This document shows, piece after piece, positions 1 through 13,823 of a stretch of DNA of 64,000 bases. The translations under genes were made by a program, and so were the position numbers. The first letter of the stretch is position 1. Every line of letters begins with the position of its first letter. Source of the DNA: Dendrobates tinctorius (Eukaryota); NCBI RefSeq assembly GCF_039654945.1, contig NW_027361861.1, positions 2,604,001-2,668,000 of the forward strand, read 5' to 3'. The notes under the pieces are model-generated. The model was not told the origin of the DNA. It saw only the letters and a list, made by a program, of their open reading frames with translations, and made no database searches.

Positions 1-70
1 ACATGATAAAAATAACACAACAAACAACTAGCCAATGTGATGGCCCACAAACCAGTAAATCATGATAAAT

Positions 71-270
71 TGTAACATAGTAACATAGTTATTAAAGTTG
101 AAGGAAGACTTTAAGTCCATCTAGTTCAACCCATATCCTGTCCTAACCTGCCCTAACATGTTGATCCAGAGGAAGGCAAAAAAAACCCATGTGGCAAACA
201 GTAAGCTTCACATTGGGGAAAAAAATTCCTTCCAGACTCCACACACGGCATTCAGACTAGCGACCTGGAT
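71..270 (-). mobile_element. CR1-type LINE 3' end fragment
   Basis: Minus strand reads gggttgaactagatggacttaaagtcttccttcaac followed by a (ctatgtta)n tail, a CR1-like 3' terminus. Confidence 0.65.
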
Positions 271-659
271 CCAATAGTAAGAGGTAACCAGTCTTAAAGC
301 ATGATTAAAGCATTATGGCATATATAGAGTTACAGGAGCTATAGATAACATGATAAATAGTAAAATGAATACATAGTAATATATGGCCCCTGTAAAGGCC
401 TCTCATAGACTAATAGTAGATCAGACCGAATGTTTTAACAAATAGACATGAATACAACAATAAATTTACCAATTTTTTTACTTTTACTTTTTTTTTCATC
501 TTATGTTCTATAATTAGGCGTTAAAGGGAACCTGTCACCCCCAGGGCGTTTTACAGTTAAAGAGCCACCTTCAGCAGCACTAAGGCTGAATTCTGTGAAG
601 GTGGCTCTTCTTTTTCTGACCCCCTAGTAACGCTGAAATATCGACTTTTATAACTAGCT

Positions 660-692
660 CCTCCTGATGAAGAGATGAAACGCGCGTTGAGG
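660..692 (+). ncRNA. Minimal type-I hammerhead ribozyme motif
   Basis: CCTC-CTGATGA-A(GAGA)T-GAAA-CGCGCG-TT-GAGG: 4-bp stem I, 1-bp stem II, palindromic stem III, GUU site. Confidence 0.7.
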
Positions 693-1090
693 CGCTTGTG
701 GAGGACCGCATTAGCAGACCATTATTCACATGTAAGTGCCCAGACTTAGCTTTTTACTACAGTAGCCATTCTTAGGCAACACAATGGTACCTTTTGTGTA
801 CTGATAGCCAATACTAAGGGAATGCTAATTAGCTTATGGTTACGTCTGTGATTGACAAATGTGCATTATGTTTACATAAGCAGTAGGTCGGGCTTTTGGC
901 GTTGTCTACTCCTATTATATGTTTGTAGTGACCTTGAAATTGTATTTTGTTAATTAATTTTTTATACATTAGTCTACTATTAATAAAGACTTATTAACTT
1001 TACTGGCATGGTATACTTGTTTATGTTCTTCTGTGGTTTATCACTATAGTGAGTTTTGCCATTTCTTTATCTATGGGTTTTTGTGCTATA
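664..1090 (+). mobile_element. Penelope-like element pLTR fragment
   Basis: Begins with a hammerhead core, then a GTAAGT donor-like site (~732), T-rich body and AATAAA; flanked by direct repeat TAGCTCCTC (655-663, 1091-1099). Confidence 0.65.
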
Positions 1091-2038
1091 TAGCTCCTCA
1101 TACCTGTAATGTGTCCTATAGGTATGTTGCGTCCCCCTGTATCAGCCGCCTACCATCCGTCCATCATGCCTGTACGGTGTCTCGGCGCCGCCCACCATCT
1201 GTCCATCATGATGCCCCTGTGCGTCGCTGCATCGTCCCGTTTTGAATGCCAGCGCCTCCGCTGTGACAAGAGTTCTCGGGCATGCACAGTGCACGCTGGC
1301 CAAGAACCGACATCAGGCTATTGCGCCTGCATGTTGCTGATGCCCCAGCCACGGAGTGTGAACACACCATAACACACTGCAGGGTGGGATCTGGGGCCTC
1401 CACAACACGGAGGCGCATTAACCTGATGTCGGTTCTTGGGCAAAGCGCACTGCGCATGCCCGAGAGCTCTTGTCACAGCGCAGGCCAAATTATGCGTCCC
1501 CTGCGTTTTTGTATCATAATATATTTAACATATGCATAGATGCATTATTTATGGTTATTTAGTGATACTTGTATTGTGTTGTCCACTCTTATGGTGTTCA
1601 ATGCATGTATAATAAGCTTGGTTGGTAATGGTCCTCTATTATCAAGAATCAAGATTGGCATCAAATGCCTTTCATTGACAAGGGAATAAAACTATCTACA
1701 TTCCAATTAACACTTACAGATTTCTGAAAAGTTGGACATATGATGGAGACTAGGGGCAGTCTGCCATCCATAGTAATAAGGGATAATCCTGGATTACTGG
1801 AAATATGCAAATTAGAAGGGTTTGGAACTAGGAGAAACAAGGGAATTACTAAAATACCTCAACCACACAGAAAAGAGTTTAGTATGTTTGCACATTAACA
1901 AGAAGGGTTTAGACTTTTATATTCCCAATTCTATCAATTCTTAAGTCCCCTTAGGGGGCTGTCTACTGAGTGATGATTTAACCGATCACTTGGCCATCAA
2001 CCATCTCAGCCGTCTCTCCCATACACAGGAACGCTCAA

Positions 2039-2297
2039 TCTGCTGAGCTCTCCTGTGTTCTCTAGGAAAGAGCTGCAGTCAGACGTCTCTGGGGGTGGCT
2101 TATATCCCACAGAACAAAAAGATCGGCAGTTGGAAATCGGACATGCCAAATTCTTAACTACCCCAATCTGCTGAGCGCTCCTGTGTTCTGTTCTCTAGGG
2201 GAGAGCTGCAGTCAGACGTCTCTGGCGGTGGCTTATATCACACAGAATAAAAAGGTCGGCAGTTGGTATTCGGACATGCCAAATTCTTAACTACCCC
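2039..2297 (+). repeat. ~130-bp tandem duplication inside a MITE-like repeat
   Basis: tctgctgagc...aaattcttaactacccc occurs twice (~2039-2165, ~2167-2297). Confidence 0.8.
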
Positions 2298-3244
2298 AAT
2301 ATTCATCATAAGCGGGTCCTGATAAACAAAAGTTTATTTTGCCGACAATAAAAGCCAGTATCTCAGGCATCAGAGACATTATTGGGAAGCTGGATTTAGA
2401 TTCTAACTTGTACAGGGGGTGGTCTTCGAGGCTTTAGGGATCTGTCAGGTTCATTTTAATTTGTACAAACATAAAAGTACAATAAAATGGTTTCATTTTA
2501 TTCGTCATCTGTCCATCAAAAGCTTGATCGATTTATGATGATTAAACCACAACCAGATACACAAAACTGCCGGCAGACAGACACATGTTCCAGAAGAGTA
2601 ATCATTGGAAAAGCACAGCTATCCTGTGGCAAACTGGCCCTGGGTTAGATGTACGATATTGCGACATGTAAGCCTTCTTTTCCCAATCATTTGTAAATGT
2701 GTGACTAGACCTATACTAAAGATGCCTATTGGCTTTTTTGAAATGTTGCATTTATTTCAAGATATAAATTAGGTAGGTGACCAAAATTTTAAGGAGGTTA
2801 TACATATCACTGAACAAAAAAAGCACAAGTTTTTGTACGAGGTTATTAACTTTTTGGCATTAATTCTAGTAAGGGCTGTTGTGGCGCACAGTGCAAACCT
2901 TTCAACCTGTTGATACCATGAAGGCATATAAAATATAATTTCTGAATGTGGCCAGACAAAGTGAACTACTATAATGACTGCCCCGTTAACATAAATGATT
3001 TGCTTAGAATACTCTTTTTTTTTCAATGTCGAGAGGAAAATAAGCTGCTTCCAAACCCCTATGGCAGTGGTTCATCTTCTACAGTAACAATGAATGAAGC
3101 ATAGTGAAATCCAAAATGCCCAATTACTTTTACCCCCCGACATGTAGAATCAAGGGAACGATGAGATTCCACATACATTACTTTATTTCTCTTTTACAGT
3201 ACATCAGTAATTGTGAGCCATAATGTCCTTTTCATAAAGTCTAA

Positions 3245-3679
3245 GGCAGGCTGTAGACGAGCGTATTAAACATCATCCAGTTTCATCCATAAAACTTAAA
3301 CAATTTTCATCCATTTTTTATCTGTGAGGGGTATTTACGTCCATATGTGAACCCTTTTTATACATCCACAGTAAAAATGTACATGACCAAATGCAGTTTA
3401 TTAGGTACATAAAAAAAATGTAAAAATTGGATGCCATACGGATGTTCTGTGTGGGATCTGATTTTATTTACGCACTTGTAGAATTTAATGAGTGTGTCTC
3501 ATCCGAGACTCAGACAAAAGTAGTGCATGCTGCAATTTATTTTCTCACGGACAGTCAGACAGAGAGAAAAAAAATCATTCATCTGAACATCTGAATAACA
3601 TGGGTCTATGTGCTGTGTACTATCCGAGCAAAATATCAGACAGAACACATTCCATTTTTATACTCGTCTGCAAGAGCCC
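3245..3679. mobile_element. PIF/Harbinger-like MITE (old)
   Basis: TAA flanks; imperfect TIRs ggcaggctgtagacgagcgta / tatactcgtctgcaagagccc. Confidence 0.55.
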
Positions 3680-6600
3680 TAAAATACAGAAAGATGCTTT
3701 TAAAGATGATTTGTTATCAGATTTAACAGCATAATCTGTTTATATACATCTAGCTCTGATGGAGATGGTGCACTTACTTTGCAAATCCATTCCAGAATGA
3801 CTCAATAATCCTTTCTAAGCATTTAACCTTTTAGGAGTCCAAGTATATTCAGGCGGTAAGCTCTATCTCCTCCCACCCTGCATTATTGACAAGCACAACA
3901 GTATTAAACAGCCTATCTTCTTGCAGGACTTTCAGTGTGTAATAATTACTAAAACCATCTGGAACAAGAACTATGTTTATCAAAGACAACTTTGCATACC
4001 GTATGTGTACCATAGAATTTCAACTCACTCGGCTGGATTTTGAGGTAGGCCTCAGAAGCGGTTTCCTTAAAACGTCCAGGCTGTTTTATTAAGACTCAGG
4101 ACAACAAAGCAAAAACAGCTTTTTCAGGTCCAAAGTGAAAAAACATGAAGCAAATAGTCCATACAGTAGTGTGGGTTTGCCTGCTCGGGTTAGTGTCCAG
4201 CTCTTTAGTCAAAGACAAACAACACTGGAGGTCTGCACACCTCAACACACAGGCATTGAATGAGACAACTAGTCTCCTTTTCATCTGTCGAACCACGCCC
4301 TGTGGTGGGGATAGGTGAGCAGCCAGTCCGACCCACCTCTCTGACTGCTTGTAAACCTGGCCCTGACATACTGTATTAACTCTCTCAGCACTATATGTAC
4401 TGGAGCCTGCTTTTCTGGGCTTTCAATACTGAGGCTACCAACTTCGACTATACACACCTCCCCTCAAGGATCTGTCCGATAACCATTTTACAGTATATTA
4501 TGTCTATGGCAGAACACTAAGTTTGCTCAGACTCCAGGATATTCTTAACTTCACAGAGCTGAAGGTGGGAGGGAGTAGAACTAAATACTGATGAAGCATA
4601 AGACTACTAAGACCACCTACTCAACATGATGTACATATTTGATTGAAAAATAGGAATACATTTTTTTTTAAATGACAGAAGGGGTCTAGAAACATTCCGA
4701 CAAGCACTATCAGAACTGTTTAATAAATTTAACACGGGGCACATAAGTTGAAAGTCAATGTGACTGCACTGTTCCCTAGCGCACAGCGTGAGGATTTTCT
4801 GATGCTGTTATCAAGATCAAGTGATTATTTGACTGCAAGTCTGTGATCTGCATACTCCTGGCCACATTCTGACTAGCTGTGCATGACCTTACTCAATGCA
4901 AGTGAATTGATCAAGGCTGCACATGTCTAGTCAGAGTATGGTCATAAAGTGACTGCAAACATTCGTGATAAACCTAGACAACCCTTTTAATGTAATTATA
5001 TGTATGTATTTCAACAAACACTTAAACCACCCCCCTAATGTTATTGAGCAAAAAAAAACTTTGCTCCATTATGTAAACTTGCTTAGTGGTCTTAGGTTTA
5101 CACTTACAATATACCAAACTGGCAAAGCTGGATGTTGATATCCTTAAGTAAACCTGATCCTATTACATAAACTTACCACGTACAGCGCTCTTTGGAAATT
5201 ATATTGCTTTCACGCTTGTTGGTGTTGGAATGTTATCAATTAAGTGTTAATTGAGTTGTGAGTGATGTACAGCAATCATCAGAAATTATAGCTGCATATT
5301 TTAAAAATGAAATGCCACCCCTTCGACACCAACAAAGTACAAGTGGCTTTACTCAAAATATCCCAAATCTGCACAACCCCTTGTTTTTTAGTCTTGTTAT
5401 TTTACAACCCCAATCAAACCATTAAATCTTAATGGCCGATACCTAGTTGTACTACAAAAAAAAATCTTACAACAAAGATATTTGATGTAATTCTTTCATC
5501 AGACACACTCCTGTAAGAAAGCGGTGCAGATTCCTTCCCCTGGAAAGAGCTAAGTTTGCCAGATCAACCATGATCAACCAAGCGCTTCTCTTGCAGTATA
5601 TCCCTGGCAGGGGAAATGTAGTGTTACATGGAAGTCATTTATATGAATGGTCATGTCACCGACTGCTCTTCCTGGTAATTCAGCTGCTCCAGGTCAACAG
5701 AGCAGCACTTCTTCTTTTGGGCAGCTCTTTCAATAAGGTGTGACTGTCGGCATCATGCTGATTTGACATCTGGCTTCCCGTAGTTCAGCAGTGGGGAGTC
5801 AGCTGTCAATCAGAATAAAGTTGGCAGTCACGCCCAGTCAACAGAGCAGAGTGGAAGAGAAGCCGCTGCTCTGTTGACATGATGAATCGCCGGCAGGAGC
5901 AGTCCATGTCAGCAGCAGCGATCAGCACCGGGCACAACAGGCAGGTTGTTAGCAACCACCTGCCTGTTAGTTCTTATGCACATTATAAAAAAAATAAAGT
6001 CACGGATAACCCCTTTAAAGATCGGTACTCCGATTTGGCTTATTAAGTGTCCTGATCAAAAGACCTCCTCTCTGACATCAAGATGCTCTTAAAGGGCATA
6101 TGGACCTGTTTATAAAAAAATTAAAGAAAACCACATTTTTACATAAGATATGCCTGTATAGATGCCTGTCCACCTAAAAGTGATACCTTTTTTATGTAGC
6201 TATGATGTGTCAGTCATGTGAAAGCTAGAGCAGAAGCCATCTGACAAATCATGGTGGACGTTCAATGGGGATATACTGCTTCTGCAAGTACATTAATATC
6301 TTTCAGCCCTGAATGTAGACTCTAACATTTGCAAGGAATCTCTATGTTCCCCTAGTTGGTAAGCTTGTTTTCTAAGAGAGAGTTCAGAAAAGTCACACAT
6401 TGTTGTGCAACACATTGTTGTAGTCTTGTGCCAATGCTGTCAATTTTTTTTAAAAGTGGGGGGAGCCTTATGAGACCTTATGAGAGGGGCGAATTATAGT
6501 GCAACATGGCAGATACACTATATGCACTATAATGTATGGCTTAAATGGGTGTAAATTATAGAAGAAATATACCCTAGTCCATTGATGGAGGACATTTTCA

Positions 6601-7030
6601 GACTAATTTTCAGGGAATGGGCAGCTAACAAGAAGTGCCAAAACTCATTTTAATGGGTTATATGGGACTATAACTTTGCTGTTGTGTCACATAAATTGTG
6701 ACTCAGCAGCGATCTCGCTAGCGAGATCGCTATGTGTGACGGGGCCTTAAGAACTAGCAAGCAGGTACTTGCTAACTATGTGCTCGTGGTGCTCTGCAAT
6801 GATCTCTGCCTGCACAGAGGGGTCTTAAACAGCTCCTGACGGTGATTCAGCAGTTTTCGCTGAGGTCACGCTGACAGCAGTGGATTTTCTTCTTTACTGC
6901 TGACATCACACTGATTGATTGTAATTCACTAAACACTTCTTTGGATATGCAAAAGAGTTTATTCAACGTGCAGAAAATTAAACGTGAGCACAGTCGTGAT
7001 GAGTGCAGAAACATGAGACATAAATTGTTA

Positions 7031-7067
7031 TTTAACGTTTCGACCCTTTCTGGGTCTTATTCATAAT
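7031..7067 (-). ncRNA. Hammerhead-like motif with A3-U8 core variant (weak stem I)
   Basis: Minus strand: TT-ATGAATA-A-GACCC(AGAAA)GGGTC-GAAA-CG-TT-AA; AATAAA ~70 nt downstream (6958-6963). Confidence 0.5.
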
Positions 7068-7343
7068 GTTGCTGTGGAGATAGCAAAACACTACGTACAT
7101 ATCAATCTACATATAAAAACTATAAACAATGTAAGCTATACAACCATGGATCATGAGTTACTAGGGGACCCCAATCAGAGGACAATAAAACATCCGGACT
7201 CCTTATCTATGAACTGGTCCAATATTTGTTTCTCCCTCTCCCATAATCATAATTCTGCTTCATGTCACTTGTCTCATCTATTGCATTTTTTCTGTGCTGT
7301 ATTGTGCATAAATATGTGACTCTTCAGATTTTGTATTAGTCTA

Positions 7344-7382
7344 TGCCTGATGAAGAGACCTGAGTAGTCTCGAAAGCTTGCA
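7344..7382 (+). ncRNA. Type-I hammerhead ribozyme motif (PLE pLTR)
   Basis: TGC-CTGATGA-A-GAGAC(CTGAGTA)GTCTC-GAAA-GC-TT-GCA; palindromic AAGCTT stem III; ATTAAA downstream. Confidence 0.7.
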
Positions 7383-7554
7383 ATGTGTTACCATCTTTTC
7401 AGTTAGCCATTAAAAGGTATCAACCACTGAGGACTCACATGGTCATAAGCATTCAGACCCTTTGCCCAGACACTCATATTTAAGTCTGAAGGGTCTGTAT
7501 ACTTTCCGTACCCACTGTAGATCACGTGAAGTAATTATCCTCCTCTGCTCATCC

Positions 7555-8028
7555 TTGGTCAGGCCTCATCTGTAATAATGTGTCCAGTTCTGGGCACCAC
7601 ATTTTAAAAAACACATTGAAAAACTGGAGCAAGTTCAGAGAAGAGCTAGCAAGATAGTGTACAGACTGCAAAGTATGTCCTGAGATGAATGGTTAAAGGA
7701 TTTGGGAATGTTTAGCTTGCAAAACAGAAGGCCAAGAGGAGACTGAATAGCTGTCTACAAATATCTGAGGGGCTGTCCCAGTAGAGGGAGCATCTTTATT
7801 CTCATTTGTACATGGAAACACAAGAAGCAATGGAATGAAACAGATTGGATATTAGAAAACAATTTTTGACAGTGAGGGTGATCAATGAGTGAAACAGGCT
7901 TCCATGAGAGGTGGCAAGTTCTCCTTCAATGGGAGTCTTCAAACAGAGAACGGATAGACATCTGCCTTAGTTTAGTGAAGCTCGTGCTGCATTGGACACA
8001 ATGACCTTTGAAGTCCCTTCCAGCTCTG
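7555..8028 (+). mobile_element. CR1 LINE 3' fragment (RT C-terminal region, decayed)
   Basis: Translates to CVQFWAPHFKKHIEKLEQVQRRA; ends in CR1-type gaagtcccttcca. Confidence 0.85.
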
Positions 8029-8112
8029 TCATATGACACTAAAAGGTGAACTATTCAATTGAACACTATTTGCACTATTATTGAGAAAGTAGACTGAATT
8101 CTGGATAGGGAC

Positions 8113-11100
8113 TAGTGATGAGCGAGCATGCCCGTCACTACTCGTTACTTGCTCGAGCATCAGTGTGCTCGGGATGCTCGTTAATTGGGGAGTATTTTTT
8201 AAATGTTTGTGAGGGAGCTTGAGTCCCCGCCCCATGTTTGATGCTTTTTAGACAGACAATTAACATTTGGGGATTGCCTGCCAAACACTGTAATGCGGTA
8301 ACAATCTTGGTTGGGGTTTTACTGTGATTGGCTGGCCGCATAGAGTGATCATATAAGGCTCATGACGCCATGATCGGCATACTGTACCCAGGACACAGGC
8401 AGAGTTAGAAAAGGTGCTGGTCAAAAAGGGACAGCACTGTAGCTGCATATTAGCCAGGGATACAACCACATTAACATGTCTTTTAAGTACAACAGCCCTT
8501 CCTAGGGCTAATAATAATCAATAGTAATACTGCTGTTAGCAGAACTTAGAGCAAGACTGTGCTGAATGGATGGTGTAGGACAGGATAGGATAATTTGCAT
8601 GTCCTTTATGCAGCAACCTGCAACTCATACCAAAACCCCCTCTCAGAGCTAATAATATTCTTTTTGCTCTTAAGCCTGCAAATTGTTCTGAGCAGGGAAA
8701 TATATACCATTTTTACTGTGACAGTTGTGTGTCAAAAGCATACAGTCAGACTGGGTTGGATCTTCATAACATTGCTATATTGATACTGCACGCTTATACT
8801 GTATGTCCATCTGAGGTGTGCAAATTTGCTTGGCATTGTAATACTGCAAGTATTTTCAGCAGTGACATTTTATACAGCATTTATAAAGCTAGAGTTGGAC
8901 CTCAAACCTCCCCCCCAAAAAAAAAGTTAAAAAAAATTGCATTACTATATTGATACTGCAGTCTTATATGTACATCTGAAGTGGCACATTTTGCTGGCAT
9001 TGTAATAATGCAATCTTTTACAGCAGTGATATTTTATATGGCATTCATTGTGCTACAGTTGAGCCTCAAAACAGACAAAAAAATTTTGGTTATTAATAGC
9101 ATTGCTATATTGATATTGCAGTCGTCTATCTCCATTTGTAGTGGGCAAATTTTGCTAGCATTATAATACTGTCTGCAATGTTTTCTCAACAGGGATATAT
9201 CATACTTAATTTAAAATGGACAAGGTGCGTGTTAAGGGATGGGGAAGTGGACGTGATACTGATGGTGAGCGCAGAGGCTGAGGCCATGGGCATGGGCAAG
9301 AAGAAACTGTCTGCTGTGGAAGCACAACAAACAAACACATCATGTCAATCTAGCTTCCTGTCACACTTTATAGGAGGCGCAGAACACCAATCCAGAAGCC
9401 AAATCAATGTGAAAAGGTTGTTGGATTGTTACCAGTCACTTTGCCAGCACCACCCTGTCTACCACACAGTCCAGTCTCAGTAGCCATGATTCTGGACTAC
9501 ATAATCCTTACCCTGATCCTCCTTTTTCCCACCAAGACGAGAGCCTGGAGACAAGTGATCCCACACTTGGACACTCTGAAGAGCTATTCACAATTCCATT
9601 TATAGATTCTGTTGTCTCACCCTGCCCATTTAAAGCAAGACATGAGGAGAAAACATGCAACGATGCCCAAATATTGGAGCGCCATGCTCACAAGAAGGCA
9701 ACTTTGGTAAAATGCAATTACTGTTGCAAGAGGTGGATGATGATGAGACACAATTGCCAACAAGTCGTGTTGTTACATCAGCAAGTCAGGAGGTGAACTG
9801 GGGTGCGGAAGTGGAAGACGAGGTGGTGGACGATGAAGTCACTGACCCAACCTGGGTAGGTGACATGCAGGTGATAGCAGCGCACAGGGTGAGGGAGCTA
9901 CAGCACCACAACAGGCAGGAAGAGCACCAACACAGGTGAAGTTGCCAAGCTAAGGTTTAGGTGTTCACAAGCCTGGCACTCTTTTAAAAGCAGTCCAGTT
10001 AACCCAAAAAAGGCAATTTGCAATATATGCCATGCGAGCATCAGTAGGAGCAGCACAACTACCAGCCTGACCACCACCAGCATGATCAGGCACATGCAAG
10101 CAAAGCACACGACTGCTTGGGCTGAACGACAGGGTCCAGAAACAGTGTCTGCAAGTGACACCACTTCCTCTTACCCTGTTCTATGTGCATGCTAATCCAC
10201 TGTCCATGACATAGGTAAAGATGCTTCTCACACTGCACCTGTCGTTGCACACCTGCAACCACTGTCAGCAACCACGTGCATGTCCTTGCCCCTGTGCAGC
10301 GTTCAGTTGTCCCTACCCCAGTCCTTGAAATGTAAGTGTAAATACACAGCCACAGGCTACAATACAAACGGCCACATTTCCAGACTGCTTTCCCTGGAAA
10401 TATTGTCGTTTATGCTTGTGAAGATGGAAACTTTCCGCAACCTCATGGTGGCAACCATACCTAGGCACTTTTCCCAGCTGCCACTATTTCTCCAGGTGGG
10501 CCATCCCCGCCTTAGACAAGCACGTGTCTGATAACATCAGCCGTGCCCTGACCAACGCTGTGCCTGGGAAAGTTCACTTTACCATGGACACCTGGACAAG
10601 TGCTTGCAGCCAGGGACACTACACTTCCCTGGTGGCATATTAAGTGAACATTGCAGAAGCTGGGACCCAGTCAGACCCTGGTACAGTACACCTGCTACTG
10701 ACACCAAAGATTGAGAGCTCAGGTTCTATCAGGGTTGCCTTTACCTTCTACAGCAGTTCCTACAACTCCTCCTCCTCACCCTCCATCTCACAAACGTCAA
10801 CATCAGTTGCAAGCTGGAAGCACTGCCTCGGCCAAGCAGCAACAAGCTCTGCTGAAGCTGATCTACTTAGGTGACAAACCGCACACTGCAGAGTTGTTGA
10901 AAGGTTTAACAGACCAGACTGATCTGTGGCTCTTGCCCCTGAACCTACAACCAGACATGGTCATGTATGACAATGGCCACAACCTGGTGGCAGCTCTGAA
11001 GCTTGGCAACCTCACACACCAACCAAGCCTGGCCCACGTGCTCAACTTAGATCTAGGTAGGTTTTGAGAAACTGCTGAACCACTATTTGTGAAAGTAGGC

Positions 11101-12533
11101 CGCGTGAGTGCCCATTTCTGCAATCCGGCTAAAGCAGTGTTTGCAACTTCCAGCTCACTGACCGGTGTGCGATGTCACCACACATTGGAACTCAATGTTA
11201 AATCCTGGTGTTCTGTGGCAAATGCCAAGCGCCCTGCACGGTGTTGGGCTGTGAGCACAACCCCCATCTGTGGATGTCGGGCACTCAGACCATCCTCATG
11301 GAGTCGGTTTCTAACCGTGTGTGCAGACATATGCACATTTGTGGCCTGCTGGATGTCATTTTGCAGGGCTCTGGCAGTGCACCTCCTGTTCGTCCTTGCA
11401 CAACGGCTGAGGTAGCGGTCCTGCTGCTGGGTTGCTGCCCTCCTATGGCCTCCTTCACATCTCCTGGTGTACTGGCCTGTCTCCTGTTAGCACCTTCAGC
11501 CTCTGGACACTACGCTGACAGACACAGCAAACGTTCTTGCCACAACTCGCATTGAGGTGCCATCCTGGATGAGCTGCACTACCTGAGCCACTTGTGTGGG
11601 TTGTAGAGTCCGTCTCATGCTACCACGAGTGTAGAAGCACAACCAACATTCAAAAAGTGACCAAAACATCAGTCAGAAAGCATTGGTACTGAGATGTGGT
11701 CTGTGGTCCCCACCGGCAAAACCAATCCTTTACTGAGTGTGTCTTGATAATTGCCAATAATTTCCATCTGTTGTCTACTCCATTTGCACAACACCATGTG
11801 AAATTGATTGTCAATCAGTGTTGCTTCCTAAGTGGACAGTTTGATTTCACAGAAGCTTGATTTACTTGGAGTTATCTTCTGTTGTTTAAGTGTTCCCTTT
11901 TTATTTCTTTGAGCAGTGTACTTACATTTTGTTGATTGTACCTGTTGTGCAACCTAAACTTGATTTTGATGTATGTTGAAATATCAATTGTTAATTATAG
12001 CTTCAATAAAAATATATTGAACCATAAAATGCTAAAATTAAATTTCCTGGTGAATGTTTTTTTACACCATTGAAAGCAATGCAAGCGTGCAAAAACACTA
12101 TGTGTGAACATAGCCCAAAGTGTGGAGGAGCATTTTTTTCTCTTATTTATTTTGCCTTATATACAAATCATTATCCTGGAAAGAATGTTTCTTAACATTG
12201 TTTTCAATCAAATCCATTCTAACAGAGATTTTGTATGTTTTATTATTACTCCGTAAAAGTGGCTAAAAATGGTGTAATACTCTGACAACATTGTTCCTAG
12301 CAGCGACCTGGGATTCAGTGATGCTTCCAGGGGGCTTCCCTATGCTGTTCCCATGCCATTTCAGCGGTGTTTCCACAGTTTTCAGCAACCCCCCTACACA
12401 CCTCTGGGGAGGGATGCAGGAAAAATGCTTGAGTTTCCCATTGACTTCCATTATACTCGTTCCTCAGGTCAAGTACCCAAGCATTACGTTTTGCAGGACT
12501 TGAGTAACGAGTACCCGAGCATTTTAATCATTA
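8113..12533 (+). mobile_element. hAT (Ac/ZBED-type) DNA transposon, decayed, with nested fragments
   Basis: 8-bp TSD ATAGGGAC (8105-8112, 12534-12541); TAGTGATGAGCG terminus; transposase remnants inside. Confidence 0.85.
9960..11195 (+). pseudogene. hAT transposase pseudogene (BED zinc finger and catalytic region)
   Basis: BED finger AWHSF...AICNICHASISR...SMIRHMQAKH; KVHFTMDTWTS (first catalytic D); MYDNGHNLVAAL...SLAHVLNL; multiple stops and frameshifts. Confidence 0.85.
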
Positions 12534-13823
12534 ATAGGGACTAATGTGAGTAATTACAATCTGCAAACACCATTGCAGAATATGACAGCGTCATATAAAC
12601 CACATGAATTAAATAACAAATAATAGAGAACTGCAGTAAAATAGGAAATGGAATTATAAAAATAGCTACTGGCAGTAATAAACTGAGATATAAAGGAGAG
12701 TTCCACGATAAAGCAAAAATGGCAAATAGCCTAGAGACTAGACAAAAATGAACATAAGGTAAAGATAGAGCATGTAAAGGATGACAATGTGATAATAAGA
12801 AAAAATTGTAGTAAAGAGGAAAGTAACAGAAAGAAGAAAAATCAAGACCATGCTGGAAGCATAAAAGAAGAGAAAAGCAATTCTGAACTGAAAGAATACT
12901 AGATATACCTTTAGCCTTCCTTTATTCCTTTAACTTTTATATATGCAGTGTACTCTCCAGCGAAAATAGTCTCCCAGGGAATAACATGGCAAATGATTCA
13001 GACTTAAAAATAAATTTATGTATGATGCAGATTCTGATGGACCCATAATTGACAGTGACAGAACTACAAGTAATAGGATTGCAAGATAGTTTGCCAAAAG
13101 CGAGATTTGTTTTGTATCTATGCAGAGAATATGCATTGTCTTACGTGGGAGGTGTAATTCATTCCTGGCCAAAATATATTTTATAGATCTCCTATTTTCA
13201 GCTAAAAAAAATGCCCGGGTTCATTATATGTCTGATTCATACAATGTATAATACAGAATTTGAAGGCAGGAAGGAGGTAATGATTGTCTAAGCAACATTG
13301 TACATCAGAACCCAGTTATTTTCAACATGAACCAATATTTAGGCATAAAACATAACTGAATTTGAAATATGCCCCAGTGAGACTATAAGACAATGTCTAA
13401 TAGACTGCCTATAAATGAAACACTGACAAGCAGGCATAGCAAGCGGGCCTGTGTATAAAAGAGTCAGGCGATACAGCTGATGGCTGAACGATCAGCGAAA
13501 AATAAGGATTGAAAAAAAAAAATGTTGTCTGATCAGCCTTTTTCTAATTTCAATCTACAGAAAAAATATTCAATAAATTGATATAATATTGTTTAATTTA
13601 TTGAAAAACTATACAATTAAGGAATGCAAATCATGCCTAAAAAAAACCTTCCTACTGCTACAGTAAAAGAATAATTGAAAATTGAAGGGTCTCAAAATGC
13701 AGTAACACAAAGATGATATTTCCCATAAAATAAAGTTGCATTTCATGTTTTATATCAGTGCAATAAAGTACTGCTCTTAGCATTTTTGAGTAATATTTTT
13801 AGCCAAGGCAGCTTATATAATCA

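Larger units (their letters stand above)
525..1490. mobile_element. TTAA-flanked T2/Kolobok-like MITE, right end missing, interrupted by a PLE fragment
   Basis: Starts TTAA|AGGGAACCTGTCA; internal palindrome with arms ~1259-1337 and ~1411-1480. Confidence 0.6.

Noticed and set aside
4588-4610. CTGATGA as a hammerhead core (also near 15688, 17830, 17885, 29991, 32684)
   Set aside because: No stem II followed by GAAA and no closing stem I.
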